Origin: Pseudomonadota bacterium
GTDB taxonomy: Bacteria; Chloroflexota; UBA5177; JAJPKF01
NCBI GenBank assembly: GCA_021323865.1
Contig: JAJPKF010000020.1
Span: 257,673-321,672 of the forward strand
Direction: 5' to 3'
Length of the DNA: 64,000 nt
Below are positions 37,082 through 47,136 of this stretch, piece after piece. How positions within the stretch are numbered: the stretch's first letter is position 1; each line of letters starts with the position of its first letter. Under the pieces are notes generated by a model. It searched no databases and was not told where the DNA came from. It saw only the letters and a list, made by a program, of their open reading frames with translations. Position numbers and translations under genes: made by a program.

Positions 37082-37477
37082 TCACCGCTCGCGCTTGAGC
37101 TTGCGCCAACCTCCCGCACGGTTGTTGGCGATGATCTGTCTGAACATGGTCGAGAGTGCGCGTGCGTTGATGGTGCCGTCCTGGCGAACGGCAACCGTGC
37201 GCGCCGTCTGGTTGCCGTGGCCGCCCGTAATGATTCCTTCCGGGTCCGGGACGATGGCGCCGTCGTAGAGGAAGATGTTCACGTGGTCCTTCGCAGCCAC
37301 CAGAGCGCAGATGTTCCCCTGAAGCACAAAGTACGGATACCTGCTCCGCTTGATCGTCTCCGTTACCTCGGGATCGGCACCGTGGACGAGATCACGCACC
37401 CCGTAACAGATCGTTTGCTGCCAATCCGGCAGGGTCTCGATGTAGGCATCGACGAGCGGGTCTCGTTCGTAGGTCAC
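37082..37477 (-). CDS. DUF1801 family protein
   Basis: VDAYIETLPDWQQ...DPEVTETIK...GGWR. Confidence 0.85.
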   Translation of the reverse strand: MTYERDPLVDAYIETLPDWQQTICYGVRDLVHGADPEVTETIKRSRYPYFVLQGNICALVAAKDHVNIFLYDGAIVPDPEGIITGGHGNQTARTVAVRQDGTINARALSTMFRQIIANNRAGGWRKLKRER

Positions 37478-38460
37478 ATTGTGTCCGACATCTGATCGGC
37501 CTCATTCTGCTGGGCTGCCTGGGCCTTCCGTCCGGGTACAAAGTTCATGTCCGTCCGCCTACCGCGGAAGTGAACTGTGTCGCCGACGGTGACGATGGTT
37601 TCTTGGAACGGAATCCAGCTCTCGCCCATGATCCGCGTGCGGCCACTTGTATCCGGCCTGATCCAGATCGGTGAGCCTGCCGGCCTCAGGCCCGCGAGCG
37701 GCTTGATCATGCTTCGTTCGCCGGTATTCTGATCGATCGCGGTCACCTCGCATCGATCGCATGGCTTGGCCTGGCAGACCTTCACGCCGTTGACGACGAC
37801 TTGCGTGTAGTCGTGGATGGCCCACAAGGGAAGCCCGTCCAGGAGAAGCTGATAACGGAACCTGTTGGGATCCGGAGCGGTACCGCTCGCAGCGAAGGCC
37901 GCCTCGGCATCACCCAGCATCACCGCGTGGACCGGGTAGCCGTCCTGGGCGCGTAGCGGGTTATTGTTCTCCATGAAGTACGTCGCCGTCATCCGGTTCC
38001 ATGGTCCGGCCGTTCGGACCACACTGACCGCCCGGCCCAGATGCTCGGTCAGCCAGCGAGACAGTACCGGGACTTCCAACGCCTGTCCCCGGTACTTGAA
38101 AAGCCGTACGGGAATCGCCCTGGCCGGATCATCCTTGTCCGGTCCAGGATCCAAGACCTCATCCTTGCCCTCGAACGTGAAGCTCAGACCAGCGTCCCCC
38201 AGGGAGGGACGTATCAGAGCCAGCTTGGGAGATCCCGGAAAGTGCAGGCCCAAGGAAGGAACCAGCCGCGTCCGCTGCGTGATAAAGGAGTGATCACCGT
38301 CGGGATTGGGACGCGCATCGACGACAAACAGGGAGTGATCCAACACCCGCCCGTCCATGCTTTCCAGCCCCGAGCGCGTCATACGCGCTCGGCTCAGCTT
38401 GACCGCGCCTCCTCCCTTGATCGGTTGAATCTGGATGTCGACGATTCGCGCCTGAGGCAT
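37474..38460 (-). CDS. MOSC domain protein
   Basis: IQPIKGG, QDGYPVH, NRFRYQL, KPCDRCEVTAIDQ. Confidence 0.8.
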   Translation of the reverse strand: MPQARIVDIQIQPIKGGGAVKLSRARMTRSGLESMDGRVLDHSLFVVDARPNPDGDHSFITQRTRLVPSLGLHFPGSPKLALIRPSLGDAGLSFTFEGKDEVLDPGPDKDDPARAIPVRLFKYRGQALEVPVLSRWLTEHLGRAVSVVRTAGPWNRMTATYFMENNNPLRAQDGYPVHAVMLGDAEAAFAASGTAPDPNRFRYQLLLDGLPLWAIHDYTQVVVNGVKVCQAKPCDRCEVTAIDQNTGERSMIKPLAGLRPAGSPIWIRPDTSGRTRIMGESWIPFQETIVTVGDTVHFRGRRTDMNFVPGRKAQAAQQNEADQMSDTM

Positions 38461-38623
38461 TCCGTATTCTAGGCAAGAGCACACCCGTTCCGAAGCAGGC
38501 GCCAAGCCATTACCGCCGACAGCACAGAGCAAAAGATGCGGCCTGCCCCTCCGGAGATCAGGACCACGTGTGGAGACCAACTCGGGACCGAGGCCGTGCC
38601 GAGCTGTGGAGCTTGAACGAAGG

Positions 38624-39832
38624 ATGCGTCTTCGAGCCCCAATGACGACGTACGCCGGCGCGCTCGTGGGCCTGTCTCTGGGAGCCGCTCTCACCGCCCA
38701 CGCCTTGTCGTGGAAGGCTCGGACGCACCTCAGCCCTCCCCGGCTGCACGTCCAGGGGCACCTGCTCGTGAATCGCGCCGGTCGGCCGGTGTTGCTCCAT
38801 GGTGTCAACCGGTCGGGTACGGAGTACGCCTGCATTCAGAACACCGGCATCTTCGATGGTCCCAGCAATGCGGCGTCCGTTGGCGCGATGGCGGCGTGGC
38901 ATGTCAATGCCGTGCGCCTGCCCCTCAATGAGGACTGCTGGCTCAACGTGAATACGAGAGGGATTGATCGCCGCTATGTCGGGGCACGGTATCGACGGGC
39001 AATCGTGCGCTATGTCAGACTCCTCAATCGCTATGGCATGGATGTTCTGGTGAATCTGCACTGGAGCGGCCCCGGCAAGCTGAGGGCCCTGGGCCAGCAG
39101 CCCATGGCCGATGCTGACCACACTCCGGCATTCTGGCGCAGCGTCGCCGCCACGTTCCGGAAGAACCCCTTCGTGCTGTTCGACCTCTACAACGAGCCCT
39201 ATCCCGACGCCGATCGGGACACAGCCCGCGCCTGGTATTGCTGGCTCCATGGAGGGCAGGGACATGAGGCCGGGAGTAAACGGGTATGTCCGGGGGTTAC
39301 CTATTACAATGCCGCCGGGCGCGATACGCGGCGGACCTATCGGGCAGTGGGCATGCAATCGCTGATCAACGTCGTGCGGAGAGCAGGAGCGCGTCAGGTC
39401 CTCGTGGCGGACGGCGTGTCATATGCCGACTCGCTTTCGGGCTGGCTGACCCACCGGCTGCACGATCCGCTCCATAATCTCGCCGCCGGCTGGCACCCCT
39501 ACAACTTCAACATCTGTGGCGATTCGGTCCACTGTTGGAAGCGTCACGTCGCCCCGGTTACCCATCGGGTGCCGCTGATAGCAGGCGAGCTTGGCGAGGA
39601 CGACTGCAGCGGTCGGTACATCAACCGCGTCATGTCCTGGCTCGATCGGCATCAGGCGAGCTACCTCGCCTGGACCTGGGACACCTGGTATGGCGATCGC
39701 TGCCGCCCGAACCTGGGGCCGGACGGTGACATCAGTGTGATCTCCAGCTACAGCGGGAAACCATATCCCGGCATGGGCGTGGCCTACAAGCGGCACCTGG
39801 CCTGCCTGGCCCGCCGTACCGCGACCTGCTGA
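38624..39832 (+). CDS. Glycoside hydrolase family 5 (cellulase-like), secreted
   Basis: HGVNRSGTEYAC, VRLPLNEDCW, catalytic LYNEP, WHPY, nucleophile AGELG, YLAWTW. Confidence 0.9.
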   Translation: MRLRAPMTTYAGALVGLSLGAALTAHALSWKARTHLSPPRLHVQGHLLVNRAGRPVLLHGVNRSGTEYACIQNTGIFDGPSNAASVGAMAAWHVNAVRLPLNEDCWLNVNTRGIDRRYVGARYRRAIVRYVRLLNRYGMDVLVNLHWSGPGKLRALGQQPMADADHTPAFWRSVAATFRKNPFVLFDLYNEPYPDADRDTARAWYCWLHGGQGHEAGSKRVCPGVTYYNAAGRDTRRTYRAVGMQSLINVVRRAGARQVLVADGVSYADSLSGWLTHRLHDPLHNLAAGWHPYNFNICGDSVHCWKRHVAPVTHRVPLIAGELGEDDCSGRYINRVMSWLDRHQASYLAWTWDTWYGDRCRPNLGPDGDISVISSYSGKPYPGMGVAYKRHLACLARRTATC

Positions 39833-39879
39833 TCGGTGGACGGAGGCGCCCAGCCCTGGGCTCCGCAAGGGGTTTAGGC

Positions 39880-40237
39880 TCAGCCGACGCTCTTCTGAAG
39901 CTCCCACGCGGCCTCGATCGCGTCTTCGATAGCTCCTCGGACCCCGTCCGTGAGATCGGCAATGACCATCATGTGCTTCCGGTACCGCTTCGGCACGCTG
40001 AAGGTTTGGGGAAATTGCCAGAGGATCGCATCACGGTATTCGAAGTCGGCTCGAATCACAATGTGTCTCTCGTCCAAGGCCCGGACCACCAGCCTGCCCT
40101 GGTATCGCCACTCGGGAAGCCCTCTCGGTTCGGTGGTGCGAACGCCAGGGAGCGTCGAGGCGAACCTGGCAACGTCTTCGATATCTACGGCAGGACTCCG
40201 GGTCGAAACGTAGGTTTGCTCCTTATAGCTGATGCAT
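39880..40237 (-). pseudogene. MmcQ/YjbR-like small protein with a disrupted start
   Basis: The frame reads VDIEDVARFASTLPGV...EWRYQGRLVVR...AIEAAWELQ but has no canonical start at the expected place (GTA). The upstream GGAGG-ATG at 40237 is out of frame. Confidence 0.45.
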
Positions 40238-40261
40238 GTTGACCTCCTGCGGCATCTGTGA

Positions 40262-40930
40262 TTGAATGAACATATGACCGACCAGTCAGTCAGTTCTAGT
40301 CCGGCTGTGGACTCAGCCGGCGTGCGAAAGGCGCGTATCCGAGAGGAACGACGTCAGGCGATTCTGGATGCCGCCATTCCCTTGTTTGCCGCCAATGGCT
40401 TCTCGGATACCGGAATCTCGGAGATTGCACAGGCCGCCGGTATGAGCCATGGCACCGTCTTTCTCTACTTCCGAAACAAAGAGGCGCTCTTTTTCTCGGC
40501 CGTCGTCGAGCCGCTCCGGGATATGGAGCGAGCGTTCAGCTTCGAGGAGACCGAGGGAAGACCGCTGCAGCGGCTCCAGCAAGTGATCGCTAACCATGTC
40601 AGATTCGTGGCCCATCACCGCGACTATCTGCGCCTCGTGCAGTACGTCCTTGGCCACTATGAACGTTTTCAGGATTCGGCCACGGAAGTCTTGGCGCAAA
40701 CGGAGCGGTACGGCGAATCGCTGGTGGCGCTGATTCGGGATGGCCAGCGGGCGGGACAACTGGTCCCCGGTGATGCCCACGCCACAGCGCTCGCCTATCT
40801 TGGCTACATCAATGGTATCGGCTTGGTGGTGGATGTGCGTGGGAACCAAGAGTCTCCAATCTGGGACGCCATGGCCGGCCTTGGCCTCCGCCTCTTCGGT
40901 CCGACGAACATGAGCGACGGGACGAAATGA
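40262..40930 (+). CDS. TetR family regulator (start uncertain)
   Basis: RRQAILDAAIPLFAANGF...IAQAAGMSHGTVFLYFRNKE. Confidence 0.9.
   Translation: MNEHMTDQSVSSSPAVDSAGVRKARIREERRQAILDAAIPLFAANGFSDTGISEIAQAAGMSHGTVFLYFRNKEALFFSAVVEPLRDMERAFSFEETEGRPLQRLQQVIANHVRFVAHHRDYLRLVQYVLGHYERFQDSATEVLAQTERYGESLVALIRDGQRAGQLVPGDAHATALAYLGYINGIGLVVDVRGNQESPIWDAMAGLGLRLFGPTNMSDGTK
40275..40292. promoter_or_regulatory. TetR-type operator palindrome TGACCGAC-CA-GTCAGTCA
   Basis: Near-perfect inverted repeat at the 5' end of tetR. Confidence 0.55.
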
Positions 40931-41613
40931 CCATCATCGAGAACCCTGCACAGTCGGGTCAGACGGATGCAGAAATGGCAACCGGAGCTGCTGCCTTGGA
41001 AGTCCCCACGGTTGGGGTACTCCAGGTGCTCTTCGGAAACCGCTGGGCACTCCTGCTCGACTTCGTGCTTCCCGTTGTCGGTTACCAGGTGCTGGCCAGT
41101 CGCGGGGCCTCTCCAACCATGGCCCTGAGCCTCACGACTGTCTTTCCCATCGCTGGCATCCTCGGCAGCTGGTTCCGTGAGCGGAGGCCGGATATTCTGG
41201 GCATCATCAGTCTGCTGTTCATCGTGGCAGGGCTGGCAGCGACCATGGTCACGGGGGATCCCCGCCTCACCCTCATGAAGGGGTCCATCATCACTGGTGC
41301 ATTCGGATTGGCGTTTCTTGCATCGCTGTTACTGCCGCGACCGTTGGCCTTTTACCTGGGACGGCGGATGATGACCGGAGGGAAGCCGGACCTCATGTCG
41401 CGCTGGGATGCGCTTTGGGAGTATCCACGATTCCGGTACGGAAATCGCGTCGTCTCCATGGTGTGGGGTTTCGGGCTGATCGTCGAAGCGCTCCTCCGGG
41501 TCGTCCTCGCCCTGAGCCTTACCACCTCGACATTCGTCTGGCTGTGGTCGGTACTGAGCTACGGGATCTACGCGTCGCTGCTCGTCTGGACGGTCTGCTA
41601 TGCCCGTCGCTGA
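40927..41613 (+). CDS. VC0807-family membrane protein
   Basis: GDPRLTLMKGS..TG.FG, RPLAFY, W...W.YP.FR; coupled to tetR. Confidence 0.75.
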   Translation: MTIIENPAQSGQTDAEMATGAAALEVPTVGVLQVLFGNRWALLLDFVLPVVGYQVLASRGASPTMALSLTTVFPIAGILGSWFRERRPDILGIISLLFIVAGLAATMVTGDPRLTLMKGSIITGAFGLAFLASLLLPRPLAFYLGRRMMTGGKPDLMSRWDALWEYPRFRYGNRVVSMVWGFGLIVEALLRVVLALSLTTSTFVWLWSVLSYGIYASLLVWTVCYARR

Positions 41614-41639
41614 TCTGACCGTGAACCGACAACCGAACG

Positions 41640-42143
41640 ATGCCGGCCATGATAAGGGGATGCCTTCGCTTCAGCACCACGCGGCGCGGTTCGAGTGATG
41701 GGACGGTGAAACCCCGCATCCACGTCATCACCCTGGCGGTCCATGATCTCGAGCGTTCTCTCCGCTTCTATCGCGACGGGCTCGGTCTGGCGTCGGGCCG
41801 GATCATCGGCACGGAGTTTCACGAAACGGAAACTACACCAGCTGGTGCCATCGCATTGTTCGAGCTTGACCGCGGACTGTTTCTCTGTCTCTACCCCTGC
41901 TCGGATCTTGCCAAGGACGCCGGGATACCCATTCAGGGTGCGGTGTCGGGGCAGTTCAGCCTGGGGCACGCGGTCAAGTCTCGGGAGGAAGTGGATGCGG
42001 TGCTGGCCGGGGCCGTGGCCGCCGGGGCCACGCTGACCGACGAGCCGCACGACCGTCCGTGGGGAATCTACAGTGGTTACTTCAAAGACCCGGACGGTCA
42101 CCTTTGGGAGGTCATCTGGAACCCGGCCCTCGAAGACGTGTGA
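41640..42143 (+). CDS. VOC family protein (likely GTG start near 41706)
   Basis: ITLAVHDLERSLRFY; WGIYSGYFKDPDGHLWEV. Confidence 0.9.
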   Translation: MPAMIRGCLRFSTTRRGSSDGTVKPRIHVITLAVHDLERSLRFYRDGLGLASGRIIGTEFHETETTPAGAIALFELDRGLFLCLYPCSDLAKDAGIPIQGAVSGQFSLGHAVKSREEVDAVLAGAVAAGATLTDEPHDRPWGIYSGYFKDPDGHLWEVIWNPALEDV

Positions 42144-42316
42144 GGGATCTGAGTGACCGGTTCACGAACCCTCATTTCGATGGTGGTCTCCACACACATG
42201 GGGGTGCTGAACGAGTTCCATCAGCGGGCGGGGCCCGCTCGTCCCCTGTGGTCTGAACCCACTTCGCTGCGTGGGGAAGCCCATTTGAGAGTCAGCCACT
42301 CAAACAGAGAGGGAGG

Positions 42317-42733
42317 ATGCCGATGAAGGTAACACGACAAACGAAACCCACCGGCACCGGCCCGAAGGAATGGTTCACCGGCTCGGTGTACATCGATCCC
42401 ATCGCCGAACCCACCGATGGTCACGGCCTCAGCGCGAGCAGCGTTCACTTCACGCCGGGCGCTCGGACCGCCTGGCACACCCATCCCAAGGGCCAGACGA
42501 TATTCGTGGTCGAGGGCGTGGGCCTCGCCCAGCGTCGAGGCGGCTCCATCGAAGTGATCCGTCCCGGTGACCGCGTCTTTTTCGAACCAGGCGAAGAGCA
42601 CTGGCACGGCGCCGCGCCCGATCGCTTCATGGTCCACATCGCCATGCTCGAGGTTGACGAGCAGGGCAACGCGGCGAGCTGGCTCGAACACGTCGACGAG
42701 CAGGAGTACGCCAGGGCGGCCCTGGAACGCTAG
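42317..42733 (+). CDS. Cupin domain protein
   Basis: FTPGARTAWHTHPKGQ; EEHWHGA. Confidence 0.9.
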   Translation: MPMKVTRQTKPTGTGPKEWFTGSVYIDPIAEPTDGHGLSASSVHFTPGARTAWHTHPKGQTIFVVEGVGLAQRRGGSIEVIRPGDRVFFEPGEEHWHGAAPDRFMVHIAMLEVDEQGNAASWLEHVDEQEYARAALER

Positions 42734-42816
42734 TCGCACAGACCCGACCCTGCGGCTTGGCAGCCGGCCGTGGGGCCTTGTGCAGAGCTGTCACCGCCGC
42801 AAGGATAGGCGGGTAG

Positions 42817-44535
42817 ATGGCGCCGAAGAGCCTAACGCTACTCGCCTTCGCCATCCATTGGGCTATGTCCGACGAGGCGCCGACCCGCAACTCTGAGTGG
42901 AGGGGAGCAGCCCTCCGGACACCGGTTGAGGCGGACGAGCTGAAGCGCTTTGGGGTGCTGCAGGGCGCGATGCATCTTCCCGCATCGCTACCAAATCCAG
43001 GCACATCACGGAGATCCCTGACGAACGCAGAAGCCCTGCCGGCCGGCGCCACACCTAAAAGCGTTGCGACATCCGCGCCGCGTCCGCGACTTCTGGCAAC
43101 TCCCCGCACCACCCGGTACAGCCGCGATTCGGTTCTGGCTCCCCTGGTCGTCGTGGCCGTCGCTTCCATCTGGGCAGTTCTCCAAAGGTTCGACGCTCAC
43201 TACATCTCCTTCTCGGATGGCGTCTACACCTATATCGCCGCAGCGGTGGCCCGATCAGGGCCTGCGATTCTCTACCACCGGGTGGTTCTGTCGCAGCCGC
43301 CCGGAGTCGTGCTCTTCGGCGCAATGATCTGGAGACTCTCCCCGGCCGTCTCGTCGATCCGGTTGGCCCTGGCGGCGCTGCTCGTCACTACGGGCCTGTT
43401 GACGTACGCGCTCGCGCGAGTGCTCGGCCTGGGACGGCCGGCCGCTGTGGTGGCGGCAGCGGTGGCCGTCACGGCGCCGCTTCGGGCGCAATACGGCGGA
43501 CTCGACGGCGAGGCCTTTCTGTCGCCTCTGGCGCTGGCGCTGACCATCCTCACCTCGCGTTCTCGCACGGGAGTGGCAGGCCTGCTCGTCGGGCTGGGGT
43601 TCCTGTTCAAGCTGACCTGGGCCCCATTCGCGTTGGCGGGGCTGGTTGCCATCGGGGCCGAGGCCGGTCCTCGCGCCGCGCTTCGCTCCGCCGGCCTGGC
43701 GTTCCTGAGCGCGTCGACGCTGGTTTCGATCGGCATCCTGGCATTCGGCTGGCACACGGGAGACATGCTGAAACAGGCGGTTCTGGGTGAATCCGGCAGC
43801 GGGCTGCAGTTGGCGCTCCTGCCCGGTATCCTGATCATCGTGGTTCTGAGCTGGTGGTCGCTGGGCATTCCCGCCATGGCCGGACGCTTCGCGCTTGACC
43901 GATCATCTCGCCTCATGGCGGTTGCCGGCTTGTTCTCGGGACTGCTCATGCTCAAGCAGGGCACCTTTCTCAACGTGCTCATCCCGCTCGAGCCGTTTGT
44001 GGCGATCGCCGCAGTCGCGGGCACTCTGCAGCTGTGGGGACGTGCCACTGCGCGAAGCCGGGCTCTCGCCGGCATCTGCATGGTGTTCGTCGTGCTGCAC
44101 ACCGTCAGCCTTGCCTCAGGTGCGGGACGGTCCGCCCTCCCCGTCCCCATCGGCGCCGCCATCCTCAACACGCATGACGGCGCTCAGATCGCGCGAGCCG
44201 CCGCAGCGGTCGATGCCGGCACCAAGCCAGGTCAACGAGTGTTCGTCAACCCGCTGATCGCCGTGGCCGCGCACAGACGGGAACTGGACGATCAAGCCGA
44301 TTGGTTCATCCTTCACGCAATGTCGCGATCCTGCCAAGGCCGTGGCGCACAGTGCACTGAGTGGAGACGGCTGGGCCGGGCGATTGCCGATGCAGAGCCC
44401 GCAGCCGTCGGCATCGACGCGAACGTCCGCAGCTTCGACCCCACCTTCGCCTCCGGCCTTCCTCGACGGCGCTATCGTGCGGCATTTCGGGTGGATGCTC
44501 CTCCGCTGCATACCGTGATCTACGTGGCTCGATGA
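42817..44535 (+). CDS. Polytopic membrane protein, possible GT-C glycosyltransferase (start probably later)
   Basis: SDGVYTY...QPPG loop after the first TM, ...GFLFKL; many TM segments. Confidence 0.55.
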   Translation: MAPKSLTLLAFAIHWAMSDEAPTRNSEWRGAALRTPVEADELKRFGVLQGAMHLPASLPNPGTSRRSLTNAEALPAGATPKSVATSAPRPRLLATPRTTRYSRDSVLAPLVVVAVASIWAVLQRFDAHYISFSDGVYTYIAAAVARSGPAILYHRVVLSQPPGVVLFGAMIWRLSPAVSSIRLALAALLVTTGLLTYALARVLGLGRPAAVVAAAVAVTAPLRAQYGGLDGEAFLSPLALALTILTSRSRTGVAGLLVGLGFLFKLTWAPFALAGLVAIGAEAGPRAALRSAGLAFLSASTLVSIGILAFGWHTGDMLKQAVLGESGSGLQLALLPGILIIVVLSWWSLGIPAMAGRFALDRSSRLMAVAGLFSGLLMLKQGTFLNVLIPLEPFVAIAAVAGTLQLWGRATARSRALAGICMVFVVLHTVSLASGAGRSALPVPIGAAILNTHDGAQIARAAAAVDAGTKPGQRVFVNPLIAVAAHRRELDDQADWFILHAMSRSCQGRGAQCTEWRRLGRAIADAEPAAVGIDANVRSFDPTFASGLPRRRYRAAFRVDAPPLHTVIYVAR

Positions 44536-44710
44536 CTGCCATGCCCCTTCGCGATGATCGTCTCTCGCATCAGCTCGGCGTGTGAAGTGACCGGGTCTGT
44601 CGCATCGAGCACCGGTTTCGGCTAGAGTAGGACGCCGAGGCTGCCCGCCGGTATCGCCGGACGGTCCACTTCAATCGCTCGAAAGGAAGCTGGTAGCAGG
44701 TCGCCTTCGG

Positions 44711-46369
44711 ATGGGTCGGTCAATGGATTGGATGGGTAGCTCAGAAGACGCCCCCCGGGAGCGGCCGAAGGCGACGGCTGATACGACGACATCCCGGAGG
44801 GATCCGGAGGCGGCCCGACTACGCCTGGCCGACATTCTGGCCGCCCTGTCAATTTCCACGGATCTGGGGCATGGTCAAGCTCCTGAGACTGCGATGCGTG
44901 TCTGTGTTGTGGCCATGCGCCTGGCGGACCTCCTCGGTTTGAGTGCGGGCGACCGGGCTTGCATCTACTTCGCCGCCCTGCTGCGTCACATCGGCTGCAC
45001 CGCCTACGCCCACGAAGAAGCGGAGCTGTTCGCTGGTGATGAGATCTCGATACGCGGCGGCGTGGCGCCTCTCGACACCGCCAATCCACGGGAGATCGTC
45101 GGCTTTACGATTTCGAACGTCGGGTCTCACCTCGCGCCGTTGCCACGTGCTGTGGCGGTAGCGAAGGCGTTGACCCGCACGCCTCGAACCATGAGTGACC
45201 TCGCCGCGTCGAACTGCGAGGTGGGGTCGATGATGGCGCGCCGCCTCGATCTTCCGGACTCCGTACAGACCGCGCTGAATCAGGTCTATGAGCGTTGGGA
45301 CGGCAAGGGCTGGCCCCGGCGCCTCTCAGGCGAGGGTCTGTGCCTCGCTGTGCGCGTCGTTACGGTTGCGGACGCCGGCATTGCCCTGGTTGATGCTGCG
45401 GGCGTAGAGCCTGCTCGAGACGCGGTGGGCAGGCGTGCCGGAGGGATGCTCGACCCGGAGATCGCGGCCACCTTCTCGCATCATTGCTCGAGCATTCTGG
45501 AGCAGCCTCATGAGGAGGACACCTGGGAAACCGTACTGGCTTCTGAACCGGAGCCGTATCGCACTGCGGGTGAGACGCGGCTGGACGGCATCTGCCGCGC
45601 GTTCGCCGACATGGCCGACCTGAAGCTAACGTTCACGCGTGGCCACTCATCCGAGGTAGCACGCCTGTCGGCCGGCGCGGCCTCGCATCTTGGGCTGGAT
45701 CCGACCGAGGCGGCGAACGTAACGCGCGCGGCCTTCCTCCACGACCTGGGCCGTGTCGCCATTCCGAACGGTGTGTGGGAAAAGGCCGGCCGGCTTTCAG
45801 CCTCCGATTGGGAACGAGTGCGCCTCCATCCCTACTACTCCGAGCGAATCCTGTGTCGCTCGGGCGCGCTGGCCCACCTGGGTCCCATTGCCGGCATGCA
45901 CCATGAGCGGCAGGACGGCAGCGGATACCACCGCCAGCTCTCCAAAGCGGCGATACCACTGCCCGCGCGGGTCCTTGCGGCCGCGGATACATACCAGGCG
46001 CTGACGAGCGACCGGCCCTACCGCGTTGCGTGTGATGCGAGCGAGGCTGCTTTGATGATGGAAACGGAGGTGGCAGAAGGAAGGCTGGACGCGCAAGCGG
46101 TTGCCGCCGTGTTGACAGCCGCGGGCCATTCGAAGAAGACGCGATCGGCCTGGCCGGATGGTCTGACCGATAGGGAGGTGGAAGTCCTAAGGCTCATTGC
46201 CCGAGGCGCCTCGCAGAAGGAGGTTGGCCGTCAGCTGGTGATTTCACACCGTACGGCCGCCCACCACATCCAGCACATTTACGACAAGGTGGGCGTCGCC
46301 ACGCGGGCGGCGGCAGCCATGTATGCCATGGAGCATGATTTGCTGGCGGAAGCTCGCTGGCGACCCTGA
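44711..46369 (+). CDS. HD-GYP (double HD) plus LuxR HTH regulator
   Basis: ALLRHIGC, YERWDGKG, LHDLGR, HHERQDGSGY, LTDREVEVLRLIARG. Confidence 0.9.
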   Translation: MGRSMDWMGSSEDAPRERPKATADTTTSRRDPEAARLRLADILAALSISTDLGHGQAPETAMRVCVVAMRLADLLGLSAGDRACIYFAALLRHIGCTAYAHEEAELFAGDEISIRGGVAPLDTANPREIVGFTISNVGSHLAPLPRAVAVAKALTRTPRTMSDLAASNCEVGSMMARRLDLPDSVQTALNQVYERWDGKGWPRRLSGEGLCLAVRVVTVADAGIALVDAAGVEPARDAVGRRAGGMLDPEIAATFSHHCSSILEQPHEEDTWETVLASEPEPYRTAGETRLDGICRAFADMADLKLTFTRGHSSEVARLSAGAASHLGLDPTEAANVTRAAFLHDLGRVAIPNGVWEKAGRLSASDWERVRLHPYYSERILCRSGALAHLGPIAGMHHERQDGSGYHRQLSKAAIPLPARVLAAADTYQALTSDRPYRVACDASEAALMMETEVAEGRLDAQAVAAVLTAAGHSKKTRSAWPDGLTDREVEVLRLIARGASQKEVGRQLVISHRTAAHHIQHIYDKVGVATRAAAAMYAMEHDLLAEARWRP

Positions 46370-46542
46370 GCGCGCGGCTCCATCGGGACTACCGAATGCC
46401 CTCGAGCGGCGCCGGCCGGTTGACACGGCTCATCCGGGAAATGGGCCAAATGACCGATGAATCGAGGACTCATTTCCGCCTACGCTGGTCCTATGCGCAT
46501 CGAGACGATGTGGCAAATTCACGATGAGATAGGAGCAGAACA

Positions 46543-46977
46543 ATGTCGGAAGAGCAGAACGAGAAGGTCGTCAGGACGTGGCTGGAAGAGGCATGGAACA
46601 AGGGAAACATCGACGGGCAGGCTCGAATTCTTTCACCCTCTTACTCGTGGGACGGTCTGCCGCCGCCCTTCGGGACCGGTCCCCAGGGTTTGCTGAACTT
46701 CGTTCACGGCTTCCGGAGCGCCTTCCCTGATCTCCAATTCACCATGCAGGATCTGATCGCCAAGGGCGACAAGGTCGTCTGGCGGATCGAGGGGGGCGGA
46801 ACGCAGCGGGGTGAGTTCTTGGGTATCCCGGCGACCGGCCGGTCGTTCAAGGTCTCCGCGATCATCATTAGCCGCTTCGAGTACGGTCTGTGGCGCGAGG
46901 ATCACGTCTGTTGGGACCGACTGGGCATGCTGGAGCAGCTGGGTGTGATTCCGACGGCCGAGGGCACGGCAGCGTAA
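46543..46977 (+). CDS. SnoaL-like ester cyclase family protein
   Basis: AFPDLQFT..DLIAKGDKVV, GEFLGIPATGR, MLEQLG; AGGAG RBS. Confidence 0.88.
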   Translation: MSEEQNEKVVRTWLEEAWNKGNIDGQARILSPSYSWDGLPPPFGTGPQGLLNFVHGFRSAFPDLQFTMQDLIAKGDKVVWRIEGGGTQRGEFLGIPATGRSFKVSAIIISRFEYGLWREDHVCWDRLGMLEQLGVIPTAEGTAA

Positions 46978-47136
46978 CTGACGCGAGCTGGGTGAGCGGC
47001 CGTCCCGGTCTGCAGGACCCCGAAGCATGTCAGGGTGGTGAGATTCCATCGGGTCAGCAGCGGGTCGTCCTTGATCGCTCGCGATGGCTCAGGTTTCGCG
47101 GGCACCGGTGTCCGCGAGCCTGAGCCATTACTGCAT

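Noticed and set aside
38461-38835. N-terminal extension of the MOSC ORF
   Set aside because: It overlaps the divergent GH5 gene, and the MOSC_N motif begins at the ATG at 38460.
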